64,000 bases of DNA. Origin: a virus. Taxonomy: Duplodnaviria > Caudoviricetes. The stretch spans positions 32,001-96,000 of the IMG/VR virus record IMGVR_UViG_2600255062_000003, one strand, 5' to 3'. This document shows, piece by piece, positions 41,191 to 52,503 of this stretch. Position 1 is the first letter of the stretch. The number at the start of each line of letters is the position of its first letter. A model generated the notes under the pieces. The model worked only from the letters and a program-made list of their open reading frames with translations, did not search any database and was not told the DNA's origin. The translations under genes and the position numbers were made by a program.

Positions 41191-42516
41191 TTACACCTCT
41201 TTGACTATATTTTCAAAATGTTTAATGATCCCATTTTGTGCGCGAACAGAAGTATATACTCTTTTTGCTTCTAACATATCTATCAATTGGGCATCCTCTT
41301 TTAAATTTAGACCATCAATTGTATTTTTCAAAAGATCAGGATCAATACTATCTCCATATTTATCATTCATTCTTTTTGCGACAACTAAATACCCTAGAAA
41401 CATCAAGGGATGATTAATATAGGTGTCATAATAGTTTTTGGGGTTCTCAATAAACTCATCAACATAGATACTTATCAAAATCCCAAAATATTTAATTAGA
41501 TAGCTGGCTGTTTTTTGATACTCTAAATATGTGGTTGGATTAAAAGTTTTTTCAATCCCTAGATTAATTATGCTAAAAGTCGTGAGTTGACCCGCTTCTC
41601 TGTTTGGTTTAGTGGTGGATGCTATTCTGATACCTTTAAGTTCACTGTTAGGATTTTGCTGCAATTCTTTAACTACATATGAGGACTTTTCCTCTGAACC
41701 CAGCTCTCTTTTTCTTTCTTTACTCAAAACATTTATTGTATTGATTTGTGCAAAAAATTTAGCTGAAGTCGCAGCATCGTACGTTCTTATGGACAGCTCG
41801 AACCAAAAGTCTAAGTCCTTCTTTGCACTCATTGCTTTAACTACGGCCTGCAAACGATGGAAGCCATCCAATATACTTATGGTTGCTCCTTTGTTTATTA
41901 TCAGTATATGTTCTTGTGGTATCCACTCTACCGGCTCTGATTCTTGACTATAGACATTTAATCTTATTGTATCTGTTAAATAATCTTTATTAATTAACTT
42001 ATCTGCAATCTTATTGACAGAAGCTCTGTTTACAATTGGTGTTTCTATGATTCCGTCATCTCTGTTTCCTTTAAATTTCATACCGCGTTGAGATCTCGGA
42101 TCGTATACAATCATTTGAGATTCAAACATTTTATTCAAAAGTTTAACTGAGATTTTTGATGAGTAACTTCTTTCGTCTATTTGTATTGCTTCAAATTCTA
42201 ATGGTAACTCAAGTTTTTCTTCAATAAATTCATTTGCAACATGTTCTTTAGCAACTCGCAATTCTTCGGCTGTAAAGTAATCTAAAGGATCAATCTGCCC
42301 AAATACCCCATTTAGCACTTCGGTTATAACGCATAATAAACTTGAACTTATTGTACTTAAATGCTTATTTTCGGTCATTATCTCCGTAAAGACTCCATAG
42401 GGAACACCAAACGAATTTAATCTATCGTTAAGTGCCAATATTTTCTTTCTTTCTGTTTTATGGTTCTCAATTAATTCATATATAGCTCTTTCCAGCTCAG
42501 AACGATCAATTTTCAA
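41191..42516 (-). CDS. DndB/DGQHR-like protein (SPbeta YopQ-like)
   Basis: SQRG, ILDGFHRL, FFAQIN. Confidence 0.78.
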   Translation of the reverse strand: MKIDRSELERAIYELIENHKTERKKILALNDRLNSFGVPYGVFTEIMTENKHLSTISSSLLCVITEVLNGVFGQIDPLDYFTAEELRVAKEHVANEFIEEKLELPLEFEAIQIDERSYSSKISVKLLNKMFESQMIVYDPRSQRGMKFKGNRDDGIIETPIVNRASVNKIADKLINKDYLTDTIRLNVYSQESEPVEWIPQEHILIINKGATISILDGFHRLQAVVKAMSAKKDLDFWFELSIRTYDAATSAKFFAQINTINVLSKERKRELGSEEKSSYVVKELQQNPNSELKGIRIASTTKPNREAGQLTTFSIINLGIEKTFNPTTYLEYQKTASYLIKYFGILISIYVDEFIENPKNYYDTYINHPLMFLGYLVVAKRMNDKYGDSIDPDLLKNTIDGLNLKEDAQLIDMLEAKRVYTSVRAQNGIIKHFENIVKEV

Positions 42517-42582
42517 GACACTTCACCTCATTACTTAATAATATAATTATATCACATAAATATAATTAATATACCAATTTAT

Positions 42583-43371
42583 CTAACGCTTTCTTATCTC
42601 ATCAAGCAATTTATGGTCTACATTCCCTTCATTTATCAGTTCCCTTAGAAGAGATTGCGCGTCTTTCAATGACATCGAATCAATCAACTTATTAATTTCA
42701 CTTTTAACTTTTTTCTCGCAAGTGTCACAAAATAACTTTTCGCTAGCCTCAAACTGAACATAACATCTATCATACTGACAAATTTTATCTCCCACTCGAG
42801 TTGAATTATATTCTGCCTGAATCATCGCATTACGCCAACTCAAATTTTTACTTTTTAAAGATTTAATTGAAGGTTTTAACTTTAATTCATCGTATTGTTG
42901 TCTTGTTGGTATATAGCCCAATTCCTTAATTGAAATTTTCAAGTCAGAAATCATAGTATCAATATCGATATATTTATTTTTAAGTTTAACTTCAGCTATA
43001 CACGCCATTTTTTCAATACCAAATCTGTCACTTATATATTCCCAACTTGGAGTATATTTTTGTTCTTCGTAACTCTTTTTATCGATATAACCATAAGTAA
43101 TATTAAGTAATTTAAAATTTTGAATAATTTGAATTTTTGTTTTATTCAATTTATATTCGTCTTTAGAAGGAATCTTTGCGATTTTCAGGAAATCTCTGAA
43201 TGTTATCTTATTTTTTCGGCTATAGGTATCCCAAGCAACTGTCTTTTTTTTATCTCTAAATTGGTCAAATAAGTCAGCAGTAAGATAACCACCTGCTTGT
43301 TTTGCAGCTTTCTTGGCCTCTTCAATAAAACTATCCTCTACTTTATTTAGCACTTTATCACCTCTCCACAA
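42583..43371 (-). CDS. protein with homing-endonuclease-associated HTH repeats
   Basis: Repeats such as LGYIPTRQQYDE...PS...SWRNAM; C-terminal Cys motif. Confidence 0.6.
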   Translation of the reverse strand: MWRGDKVLNKVEDSFIEEAKKAAKQAGGYLTADLFDQFRDKKKTVAWDTYSRKNKITFRDFLKIAKIPSKDEYKLNKTKIQIIQNFKLLNITYGYIDKKSYEEQKYTPSWEYISDRFGIEKMACIAEVKLKNKYIDIDTMISDLKISIKELGYIPTRQQYDELKLKPSIKSLKSKNLSWRNAMIQAEYNSTRVGDKICQYDRCYVQFEASEKLFCDTCEKKVKSEINKLIDSMSLKDAQSLLRELINEGNVDHKLLDEIRKR

Positions 43372-43834
43372 AATACTTATTTGTCATATACCACGCTTTA
43401 CCCTTTACTGTATCAACCATTCCCTTCTTGCTATCCAAAAACACAATATCTCCACACTCTTTACAGCCCCATTTATTCCTCTTGTATGCTGATTCCTCTA
43501 AATAGGAAGCTCCACATTTACATTCTACCTGAATCAATACTTTATGTTGGTTATATGCATCTGTTAGCTGCTCAGTGGCCTTGCTTACTGCTGTGGGTTG
43601 TATTGCTGTTACATACTCCCTTTGCTCTGAATATTCATTATGTACCTTGAAATCTGCTACAAGCTCAGGACTTAAGCCGAAATGTTCCTTGCCTACTGTG
43701 GTTACATATTTGCTTCCAACACGATATGATTCTATCCATTCCTGTATTTGTTTGCTGGACAGATTGATTGACCCTTTGATACCACTATTTAGGGTATAGG
43801 TCATTGTGTGAAACTGAATATTAATTGCCAACAC
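43358..43834 (-). CDS. Zn-ribbon hypothetical protein
   Basis: CKCG...CKECG. Confidence 0.65.
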   Translation of the reverse strand: MLAINIQFHTMTYTLNSGIKGSINLSSKQIQEWIESYRVGSKYVTTVGKEHFGLSPELVADFKVHNEYSEQREYVTAIQPTAVSKATEQLTDAYNQHKVLIQVECKCGASYLEESAYKRNKWGCKECGDIVFLDSKKGMVDTVKGKAWYMTNKYFVER

Positions 43835-43971
43835 CTCCTATGATTAATATACTACAAGCGATAACTATTATCAAAACAATAAATTTTAGAAAAAAACAAA
43901 AAAAGCGGACTAAAAAATAGTCCACTACCAGGAATTTTTTACTTTTCTATATACCTATTATTACTGTTAAA

Positions 43972-44343
43972 TCAACTATGTTTCAATTTAATCTCATCAA
44001 CAACCTTAATAATACTTCTTAAGTCCTTGTTATATATTTTTCTATAGTGCTCAATATGTAAATTCACAGCTTTCAGGGCATCCTTTAAAAATTCCAAACC
44101 AAAATCTTCATATATTTTATACAAATAGTATCGCGTAGCTGTAGCCTTCATCATCCTGCTATAAACACTTCCACTCATCAAACACCTAAAAGCTGAAACA
44201 TAGGCCAATGCAAAACCTCTATGCATTCCAGATTTTTCAGTGATTTTGCTCAATGCATTACTAAGCTCAATCTCTTCAAAGTAAACTTTCTTTGCAAGAT
44301 CGTACGATGTTTTTATCATTAATTCTGTTATTTCTTTTCCCAA
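43972..44343 (-). CDS. hypothetical protein
   Basis: RBS GAGGAG. Confidence 0.65.
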   Translation of the reverse strand: MGKEITELMIKTSYDLAKKVYFEEIELSNALSKITEKSGMHRGFALAYVSAFRCLMSGSVYSRMMKATATRYYLYKIYEDFGLEFLKDALKAVNLHIEHYRKIYNKDLRSIIKVVDEIKLKHS

Positions 44344-44680
44344 ACTAGCATCTCCTCATTTAATGATTTTTTAACCACTCATCTAAGTTGAGATTTGTTT
44401 TTACCACTCTGGATGTTTTAGAGTCCCATATACGAAACCCATTGCTCATAAAGTTATCTAATTCATGTATTTTATCAGTTTCAATTTTTACAAATTTCCA
44501 AGTTTCTAACCCATGTTCCCTGTCATAGTCTACTAATTTCATCAAACAGTATCGTTTACTCATAGCTGCAATCCTTCATGTTGTGTATTTTTTACTGTCT
44601 ATTTTTGTGTTATGGTGATAAAATAAAATAACAAATCACTCCCTATTGAAAAGTAGGGAGATTTTTCTATGCTATCAAAC

Positions 44681-44699
44681 TGGAACGAAATTCGTTCCA
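44681..44699. promoter_or_regulatory. palindromic operator upstream of XRE gene
   Basis: TGGAACGAA-A-TTCGTTCCA. Confidence 0.6.
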
Positions 44700-44750
44700 C
44701 AGGTTTATTATAAAAGGGGATAATTTACATGTCAAGAGGTTTGGTAAAAT

Positions 44751-44960
44751 ATGTGGTATTTTGAGATTACACTTGATCACATACTTGTTAGGAGAAATAT
44801 AAGCAGGAGGGAATTAGCCCGTAAAACAGGTATAAGACCTGCTACAATCAACGATCTTTGTAATAATACTGCTAAACAGCTACTTTTCGATAATTTGGCT
44901 GCTATTTGCGAAGAATTGAATGTCGATGTAAGTGACATAATTGTTCTACATAAAGTCTAA
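44751..44960 (+). CDS. Cro/C1-type HTH regulator
   Basis: ISRRELARKTGIRPATINDL...LAAICEELNV. Confidence 0.9.
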   Translation: MWYFEITLDHILVRRNISRRELARKTGIRPATINDLCNNTAKQLLFDNLAAICEELNVDVSDIIVLHKV

Positions 44961-44988
44961 AAGCGGGAATTTTTCCCGCTTCTCTTCA

Positions 44989-45357
44989 TCAACTCATCGC
45001 CAAAGAAATAGAAAGAGCATTTACAATCTCATCGCTATACTTATCAGGCAATTCAGTAATTTTAAAATCCAACTGATCTTTAGATATTGTAATGATTTGC
45101 TCCAGCAAGATAATGCTATCACTATATAATCCTGTATCATTCCCGCTTACTTTTACATGTGTTGGCATATCCTTCTTTACTTTTGAAGTCACAGGAGCCA
45201 CAATAACTACTGGAGAGTATTTATTACCAATGTTATTGCCGATAACTACACATGGTCTCTCTCCGCTCTGAACACTCCCCTTATTACTTCCTAGTTGTAC
45301 ATTCCACATATCTAATCGCTTGATCTCTCTTGTTACTCTCTCCATTGCTACTGCCAT
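44989..45357 (-). CDS. mazF: MazF/PemK family endoribonuclease, no adjacent antitoxin
   Basis: GSVQSGERPCVVI.NNIGNKYSP.VIVAPVTS...PTHV...DSIILLEQI.TI, close to Bacillus EndoA. Confidence 0.92.
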   Translation of the reverse strand: MAVAMERVTREIKRLDMWNVQLGSNKGSVQSGERPCVVIGNNIGNKYSPVVIVAPVTSKVKKDMPTHVKVSGNDTGLYSDSIILLEQIITISKDQLDFKITELPDKYSDEIVNALSISLAMS

Positions 45358-45506
45358 TATGTAATCACTCCCTCATATTTCTCATCTTTTTAATTAATTT
45401 CTCCACTTCTAAATTTAAATCTATATGTACTTTATATATCTTCTATTGCTTATTCTTTCACTTTATACTGGTAATTATACATACAAATATAATTATAATC
45501 AATACG

Positions 45507-45518
45507 GAACGTTTGTTC
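45507..45518. promoter_or_regulatory. LexA/DinR (SOS) box between mazF and rsfA-like gene
   Basis: GAAC-GTTT-GTTC abutting a minus-strand TTGACA (45519-45524). Confidence 0.7.
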
Positions 45519-45618
45519 TGTCAAGTTTTTTTCATATGCTATATATATATTGCGAATCAAGCGCATAAACCTATTGACAAATGGATATACATACTTATAA
45601 AAGGAAAATGGAGGATAT

Positions 45619-46155
45619 GTGATGCATAGACAAGACGCTTGGACGCAACCCGAAGACGATCTACTAGCTAATACGGTATTAACCCATATAAGTAGCAACA
45701 AAACACAATTAGCTGCATTTCAGGAGGTTGGTGAAAGATTAAACCGTACCCCTGCTGCTTGTGGCTTCCGCTGGAACAGTACACTAAGACATAACTATTA
45801 CAATGAAATAAAAGCAGCCAAAGATGAAAGAAGGAATAACAAGAGTAGCTCGAAAATCAGAAGAACCAACATTGAAACAACTGAGGAAACCGAAATCAAT
45901 TACATGAATGAAATAGATAAGGCTATTAGCGCGCTAAAAAACTTGCGAATCGAATTTCTTAATATGCAAGAAACAATACGAACACAAAAAAATAAAATTA
46001 ATGAGTTGACGATAGAAATTCAAGAAGATAGGAAGGAATACGATAGACCCATTGCCAGCGATGATTTAGACACTTTATTAAAAATTATTCACAGAGCCGA
46101 ACAATTAGGTTTTCCTAAAAGCATTCAACAATACAAAGAAGAACCTGCCATATAG
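45619..46155 (+). CDS. RsfA family transcriptional regulator
   Basis: RQDAWT..DDLLA.TVL.HI....TQLAAF.EVG..LNRT.AACGFRWN. Confidence 0.92.
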   Translation: MMHRQDAWTQPEDDLLANTVLTHISSNKTQLAAFQEVGERLNRTPAACGFRWNSTLRHNYYNEIKAAKDERRNNKSSSKIRRTNIETTEETEINYMNEIDKAISALKNLRIEFLNMQETIRTQKNKINELTIEIQEDRKEYDRPIASDDLDTLLKIIHRAEQLGFPKSIQQYKEEPAI

Positions 46156-46850
46156 ATTGGCAGGGTTCTTTATAAAAATTATATTTTACTTACTATAGAA
46201 CTTTGCGGTGCGGTTATTTAGCTGCATCGTTTATCTTGATTGATTAAGCAATTCAATTAATAATTCACTTGCCTTTAGACCTTCTCCAATACCAATTAAA
46301 TATACAGCCCTCCTAAGCACTTCTCTTGCCCTCTCATCCATTATTATAATTCCCCTTACTTGTATGTATTTTATCCATTGCACTCATGGAGGATATGCTT
46401 AACCTGTTCCAGCACATCCTCTAGCTTCTTACCGCACTTCTCACAATGCATTTTGCAATTCACCTATCTTTTATTTAAGTCTACATTTCACACTGCCATC
46501 CACAAAATCTAAATTAATCTTCTATACGCTTTTGTCTGTTTATGTTTTCTAATCGCTCTTTATTTTGTTTCTTCTTTTCTTCATCCCAAGGCTCATACTC
46601 AACAATATTTTCGGACAAATACATTCTTAATACTAATTTTCCATTCACCAATCTCTCAACCGCATATTTATCTTTGATGTCACAATAGCCCTTTATCCAT
46701 CCTATGTTAGCACCTCTCAACCATATACGTTGGTTGTAGCTCCATTTATTTTGTTTAGATTTTAAATTGTCTATTAGCCTATTTGACACCAACCTACTTT
46801 TCTCCCTTCCGTTTAGAATATAAAAATCAAGAGATGATCAAACTTGCATT

Positions 46851-47468
46851 TTATTCTAAATCCATCATTTCTTCTAAATAACGTTCATAGTCAGCTTCTT
46901 TTTGTAATTCAGCGAGTATGTCACCGTGATCATCAATTTCCACCTCAAATCTTGCATTATCAATATGTTCATTAAGATTATTGATATATTTAGAGAAAAA
47001 TTCTAAGCTTAACCCATAAACCAATTGTAATTTGATTAACAATCTTAACATTTCCTCATCAGAAATTTCGATTTCATAATGCATGAATTGATTTCTCATT
47101 TTATTGAGATAAATCAAAGAATTCTCATATTCATCACTTATTTCGAATTCATTTTTTTTGCACTTTTCAATTGCCTCCATCAACGAAACTGTCTTTAAAT
47201 TTGGATTTACTTGAAAAACATTATCTTTTTCCATTCTAATCTGTTCCTCTTTTGCAATGTTGTACTTTTTTATATTCGAGAAAATCAGCTCTTCTCCCTT
47301 ATTTTTCAAGATAAGCTTAAATAAAATTTCAATTCCGTGATTAAGGAAGAACACAATATCTTTAAGATAATGGTCTAGTCCCTCCTCTAATTCGTTCAAC
47401 TTTTGCATTTTATCATATGCGGATTTAAGAGAATCAGTCCCATTTTCTAGTAGATTCATTTTTATCAT
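46851..47468 (-). CDS. HEPN-like domain protein
   Basis: HGIEILFK and RNQFMH (RxxxxH). Confidence 0.65.
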   Translation of the reverse strand: MIKMNLLENGTDSLKSAYDKMQKLNELEEGLDHYLKDIVFFLNHGIEILFKLILKNKGEELIFSNIKKYNIAKEEQIRMEKDNVFQVNPNLKTVSLMEAIEKCKKNEFEISDEYENSLIYLNKMRNQFMHYEIEISDEEMLRLLIKLQLVYGLSLEFFSKYINNLNEHIDNARFEVEIDDHGDILAELQKEADYERYLEEMMDLE

Positions 47469-47499
47469 AAGTTCACCTCTTCAAGATAAAACATGCCTT

Positions 47500-48387
47500 T
47501 TACACAAATTGCAGCATATCTCGTAAAGTAAAACTTTTCAAGAGCATTTCAAATTCATCTTTTGATCTGTTTTTTGGAAAGAAAAAAGTACATTGTCCAT
47601 CGTATCTATCTAAAATAAAATAATGAGGATATCTTGGATCATCAAATACTAAAAGTCGCTCGAACGCCAAGGTATCTAACTCGCTTTCACTATATACAGG
47701 ATCAATACAAATCAAATGATTAAAATTAACCCTTACTCCCATTTGTTTTTCTATAAAATTATCTAATATCGTAAAAACATTGATATATGCTGTTCTAAAC
47801 TCTGACATAGTCATCTGTTTTCCTGAGATTTCTTTAGTCCAATCCAGATATAATAAATAACCTTCTGTTTTATTAATAATTTCATCTTTCGCAAGTGCAT
47901 CTGTGTTATTAGGAAATCTCAAACTATATTCAAAATAGTTATTTGCATGAGCGATTTCAACAACCTCACCTCTAATTGTTCGCCCTTTTTGTAAAATATC
48001 TTCAGCATATTCTCGATTAATATGATCTTGATTCACTTCCATTTTAGCCATCTCGTTAAAAATATAAGTATGCTGTATACTGTTGCTTAAAGAGGTTACA
48101 GTTTCTTTGATTATGTCGGGAAGAGTAACTAAAGAATAAATTGATATCATCGGATAGTGCAGTAAGTGCAATTTTGCATGTAAGAGTTCGTGTACATATA
48201 CAGCAATATCATTTTTTGCTTTTGGATTTATAATTATTTGAATGCCTCTTCTATTTCCCAAAGTCAAACCCAATTCTTCCATGTCTTCGTTACCAAGAAT
48301 AAATTCAAGAGGAATATTAGTTTTAGAAGAAAGATGGATTATTTCTTTATAAATATCCATGTTCATTATTTCATCAGGTAAATTCAT
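47500..48387 (-). CDS. HEXXH zinc metallopeptidase-like protein
   Basis: VHELLHAKL. Confidence 0.6.
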   Translation of the reverse strand: MNLPDEIMNMDIYKEIIHLSSKTNIPLEFILGNEDMEELGLTLGNRRGIQIIINPKAKNDIAVYVHELLHAKLHLLHYPMISIYSLVTLPDIIKETVTSLSNSIQHTYIFNEMAKMEVNQDHINREYAEDILQKGRTIRGEVVEIAHANNYFEYSLRFPNNTDALAKDEIINKTEGYLLYLDWTKEISGKQMTMSEFRTAYINVFTILDNFIEKQMGVRVNFNHLICIDPVYSESELDTLAFERLLVFDDPRYPHYFILDRYDGQCTFFFPKNRSKDEFEMLLKSFTLRDMLQFV

Positions 48388-48694
48388 AGTACACTCTTAT
48401 CCTTTCTATAAAACACATCTTTTACTTAAACGACAAAGCAAACCCCAATGCTAAAAATGGAACTACCAAAATAAACGGAAGTATAAATTGCGGAAAAGTC
48501 ACAAACAATCCTACTACTGTCGCAATTAAAAATACAGGAAGAATGCAGTATAACACAAGCTCTTTAAAATGCTGAATTCTGTTTCTTTTGTTTGTTATAA
48601 CAGACTTCGACAAAGAGTAAACATATTTTAAATAAAATATTTCCTTTTCTTTTGGGAAAATGAACATTTTCTTAACTCCTTTAAAATAGCCATT

Positions 48695-49078
48695 TCAATT
48701 AGATATGTTATTAACCTTTTTAAAAAGCTCCGCTGCTTCATTGGTATTCACATTATCCATTTCAACATCGAAAACAAAAGAATTGAATGTGTTATACTGC
48801 TCTTGACTGAAGTCACTGTACTTAACACCTTGGTATTCCAATTTATTTTTGATCAAGCTCAATATAGCATTAAACCTAATAACACCGTTGATAATTTGAC
48901 CATCTCTAACAATCATACTTTTAAATTCTTTGTCTTGGTCATTTTGCATGATTCTATCGATGATTTCTTCATAGTTACCTGAAATTTTGAACATTGAAGA
49001 TTCGTGTTCGGGAAAAGTTAAAGACAAGTTTGTGAGATCTTTAATTTTAAGCTTGAATACTGGCATATTCAGACACAT
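48695..49078 (-). CDS. hypothetical protein, weak DUF262/ParB-like similarity
   Basis: IINGVIRFNAI...LFKKVN. Confidence 0.45.
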   Translation of the reverse strand: MCLNMPVFKLKIKDLTNLSLTFPEHESSMFKISGNYEEIIDRIMQNDQDKEFKSMIVRDGQIINGVIRFNAILSLIKNKLEYQGVKYSDFSQEQYNTFNSFVFDVEMDNVNTNEAAELFKKVNNISN

Positions 49079-49102
49079 CCTTATATTTTTTTAGTAACTA
49101 TT

Positions 49103-49762
49103 TCATTCATTCATTTCTTCATTCATTGCAAGACGGAATGCAAGCGCTGCTTCACTATTTCTTGAGTTGTGTGTATGACCTATTCCAAGTCGAATCAACT
49201 CTTGAGCGAATCTAACATCGCTATCCCTAAAATCTTGTCCAGTTGAACATAAATACCAATGACACAATTCATGCATAAGCATTTCTATTACTTCTTGATA
49301 GGTTAACTGTCGATTGATTTCAGACCAGAACTCAATTAATGAATTGGCTGAATTAAAACATGCCCCTTTCATATCTTCACATTCACTGAAGTCCAGAGCT
49401 ACCAATGGTTCTTTATCAATTCCCCAATGTTGTTTAACAAGCTTCTTAGCTTCAGTTTGAAGAAAATTCTCAGTGAAAATAAAGAGATTTTTATAATCTT
49501 TGTGCTTACTTTTCGCTGTAATAAATTCATTAATTTCTTTTTCTGTTGCATATCTAACATTCTCGAATTCAAAGAAGTCTGATCCCCATTCTTTTAATGA
49601 AAAAAAGTTGAAAGATGGGTAATACATCAAAGTTTCAAAGTCTACCTCTTTTTCACGAATAAAGAGCGCAGTAACCATAAATATAGCATATGAGTTCTGA
49701 TTAGTTAAATGTAAAACAAAGCAATCTCCAGATCTAGGAATAGGCATCGTTACGAACCTCAC
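49103..49762 (-). CDS. SprT-like zinc metalloprotease domain protein
   Basis: MLMHELCHW...D..F. Confidence 0.7.
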   Translation of the reverse strand: MRFVTMPIPRSGDCFVLHLTNQNSYAIFMVTALFIREKEVDFETLMYYPSFNFFSLKEWGSDFFEFENVRYATEKEINEFITAKSKHKDYKNLFIFTENFLQTEAKKLVKQHWGIDKEPLVALDFSECEDMKGACFNSANSLIEFWSEINRQLTYQEVIEMLMHELCHWYLCSTGQDFRDSDVRFAQELIRLGIGHTHNSRNSEAALAFRLAMNEEMNE

Positions 49763-51298
49763 TTATAATCTAAGTAAAACAGTCATTTTAAAGTAAGGTT
49801 TGTGCTTTCTCAACGAATAATGCTTCAATAACATTGATGTTTTCACTCTCAATAAAATCATTCATTTCTGCTTCCGTTTCAAACCAAGCAAAAGTTGACG
49901 CATTTTCTGAATTTTGAAACGTAAGTAGAAATTTTTTATCCCTCATAATTTCATCTCCCTATAAAATAGTTATTTGATTAGATTATGTCTATTCTCCAAT
50001 GATTTCTTTACAAATTATAAGTTCAAATTCAGCTAATTTATTGAAGCGATCTTGTATGGTTTGATATATCTTATTAAATTCATCCAATGTAATTATGTCA
50101 TTTGCATATTCTACCCGAGCTTTATCTAGCTTCTTCTGAACTTTAATTAATAAAGAGCTGTGTGCTTCACTTGAAATCATTTTTGAAAGAGATATAGTTA
50201 ACTCATATGCTCCACCTATGACATCTTTCTTGTTTAGTTTCATACCATTGGTCATAATCGTACCCTCCTCGGTTAATTTAAAAAAAATCTCAATAGTGAC
50301 CATCTTAAATCACTTCACATCAGATGAAATAAACCTTTTACTCTACAATACTATGTAGTGTGAAACTGTACAATGATTCCTTTGTGATAAGTAAATAATA
50401 ACACACATCATAATTATTTTCAATGTATGATTATATTTATATATATTATTGGGGCAAGTTTTGCCCTTATGAATACTTTGCGATACATCTTAATGTAATA
50501 CTTAAGAACGCCAATCCTACAATGCATCTGAGTATTGTTTGTGAGTCTGTAATAATTCCGTTCATACTTAGCAACAATAAGCCAAACGCTGTCACCCCAA
50601 CTATCAAATTTGCTTTGTTATTATTCATCATCTTCACTTCTCCTAACAACAAAGTTTTAACCAATTATATCATATTCCAATTACAAAATAAAAAGCGACC
50701 TGTTAAGTCGCCTATATGCTATTTATGTATTTTATATTGTCTCTCTTCTTCATAGCTAGCGGCAGCCTCAATCAACTCAATCCACTCACCATCATGATCC
50801 ATGACACACAGTTTATGATTAATGATTGTTCCATGTTTATACATAAGCGTACTCCTCTCCAGTGAGTGAACTAATAATATTCACCTCTGAATTATGGCTA
50901 TTATAATGGTAGTATCTATCAATCAAAATAAAACTCATAACTTCTTTGGATCTTCCAACGGTCTCAATTTCTTCTTCAACTTTACCGTCTACTACTATCA
51001 TATAAGAGTCCACTATATACACTCCTTTTTATTGTGATTATATTCATATTGCAGATATCTACAATTCACAGATTAGCTCTCTGTCTTCTTTAAATTCTTC
51101 TGCCTCGTTCCAACTGCTAAATTTAGCGGCTAGTTCAATGTCATGTGTATATATTTGTCCTCTATATTGCTGCCAATCACCTCTTAAATATTGCTTGGTT
51201 TCTGCGTTTATAATTGTGTACATTTTTTTAATCTCCTTTTTATTTTTGCTTGTTACCCTCTCAATCAAAGACTTATTATATAAGATATACTTTTAATG

Positions 51299-51694
51299 TT
51301 AGGCAACAAAAAACTTTTCGAAGTCAAAAATAAATGACTCCATTTTCTTCTTATTGAATTGATAAAGTTTGAGTCCATTTAATGCTGGTCTATCTATAAC
51401 AATTGTGTTTTTACCGATACGAAGATAGCCATTAGTGTCAAGTTCTTTGTCATAATATTCGTAATAGTCCGATCCTAAACTGTTAGCTTCCTTGGGAGAT
51501 AAATTAGTCCAAGCTTCATTCGCAATCATTTTAATGTAGTTATACAACTCTACGAAATCCCTAAGTTCAAAATTATATGTAACATTATATTTATTATTTA
51601 TTTGATTTTGATTCATTTCAAGTATCACTGCTGATTTTCGATGTTTAACAATTAACTCTGTCCCGTTAGAACATGTAAAAACCCTAGTCTTCAT
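51299..51694 (-). CDS. hypothetical protein
   Basis: RBS AAGGAG. Confidence 0.7.
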   Translation of the reverse strand: MKTRVFTCSNGTELIVKHRKSAVILEMNQNQINNKYNVTYNFELRDFVELYNYIKMIANEAWTNLSPKEANSLGSDYYEYYDKELDTNGYLRIGKNTIVIDRPALNGLKLYQFNKKKMESFIFDFEKFFVA

Positions 51695-51795
51695 ATTCTT
51701 CGCTCCTTCTTACTTGATTACATTCCAGTATTTGCATATCATACAAATAGATTAGTATAATTAAATTAATCTTAAATTGAGAAAGGAAAATAAGA

Positions 51796-52050
51796 ATGGT
51801 AGTAAAAATCAAAAATTTGGGTTATGGATTAAGCGCATTATCCTTCGTTTATGCTATTTATGCTTACTTCATCAAACATCTGCTAAGGGTTACTCCAGAT
51901 ACACGAGAATTTATGGGTTCTCAGATTAGCAATTCGCTTAATAAAGATTTAGTTCAAGCATTAAATGACTACACTGTGTCTATTCCATTTGCTTTTATTT
52001 TCTTAGCGATTGGTATAGCTATTATTTTTGCTAATAAATACTTTGATTAA
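51796..52050 (+). CDS. two-TM membrane protein with own promoter and terminator (moron)
   Basis: Opposite strand; TTGCAT...TATAAT upstream; hairpin GCGAC/GTCGC + T tract. Confidence 0.7.
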   Translation: MVVKIKNLGYGLSALSFVYAIYAYFIKHLLRVTPDTREFMGSQISNSLNKDLVQALNDYTVSIPFAFIFLAIGIAIIFANKYFD

Positions 52051-52503
52051 GTTGCGACTTTTGGTCGCTTCTTTTTTGTTATCAAATACTTCTTTCATCA
52101 AATTATTTAATATGCTTTGTTACAATAACTCCACTCATTGGCACTTCGTTAATATAATCAAAATCATAGGTTGAGACTTCCTTCTGAATCTCTTCATTAA
52201 AAATCAGTAGAGCCTCTTCGTAATCGTCACCACATACATAGGTCTCATATTTTGCATAAGGCATACTCCAATTTACTTTGAATAAACGCTTCATTAGTTC
52301 ATCTCCTTAATGTTTGTGAAAGAATCCTTTTAACAGCATTCCGTGATACATTCAATTGCTTCATAATATTGTTTCCTATTATATTGTCTATAGAATTCTC
52401 TTCCTGCTCGAAATTTATTTTTCGCACTAATGTTTACTGTTTGTGTTTGACAAGCAAACCGATTATAAAAAATTACTGAATAATCGTTCATATACGGACT
52501 CCC

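Noticed and set aside
45450-45701. 83-aa minus-strand ORF as MazE antitoxin
   Set aside because: Overlaps rsfA antisense and the promoter region, no RBS, no RHH/AbrB character.
42516-46200. Arbitrium aimR-aimP-aimX
   Set aside because: No ~380-aa TPR receptor or signal-peptide aimP seen here; they could lie outside the window.
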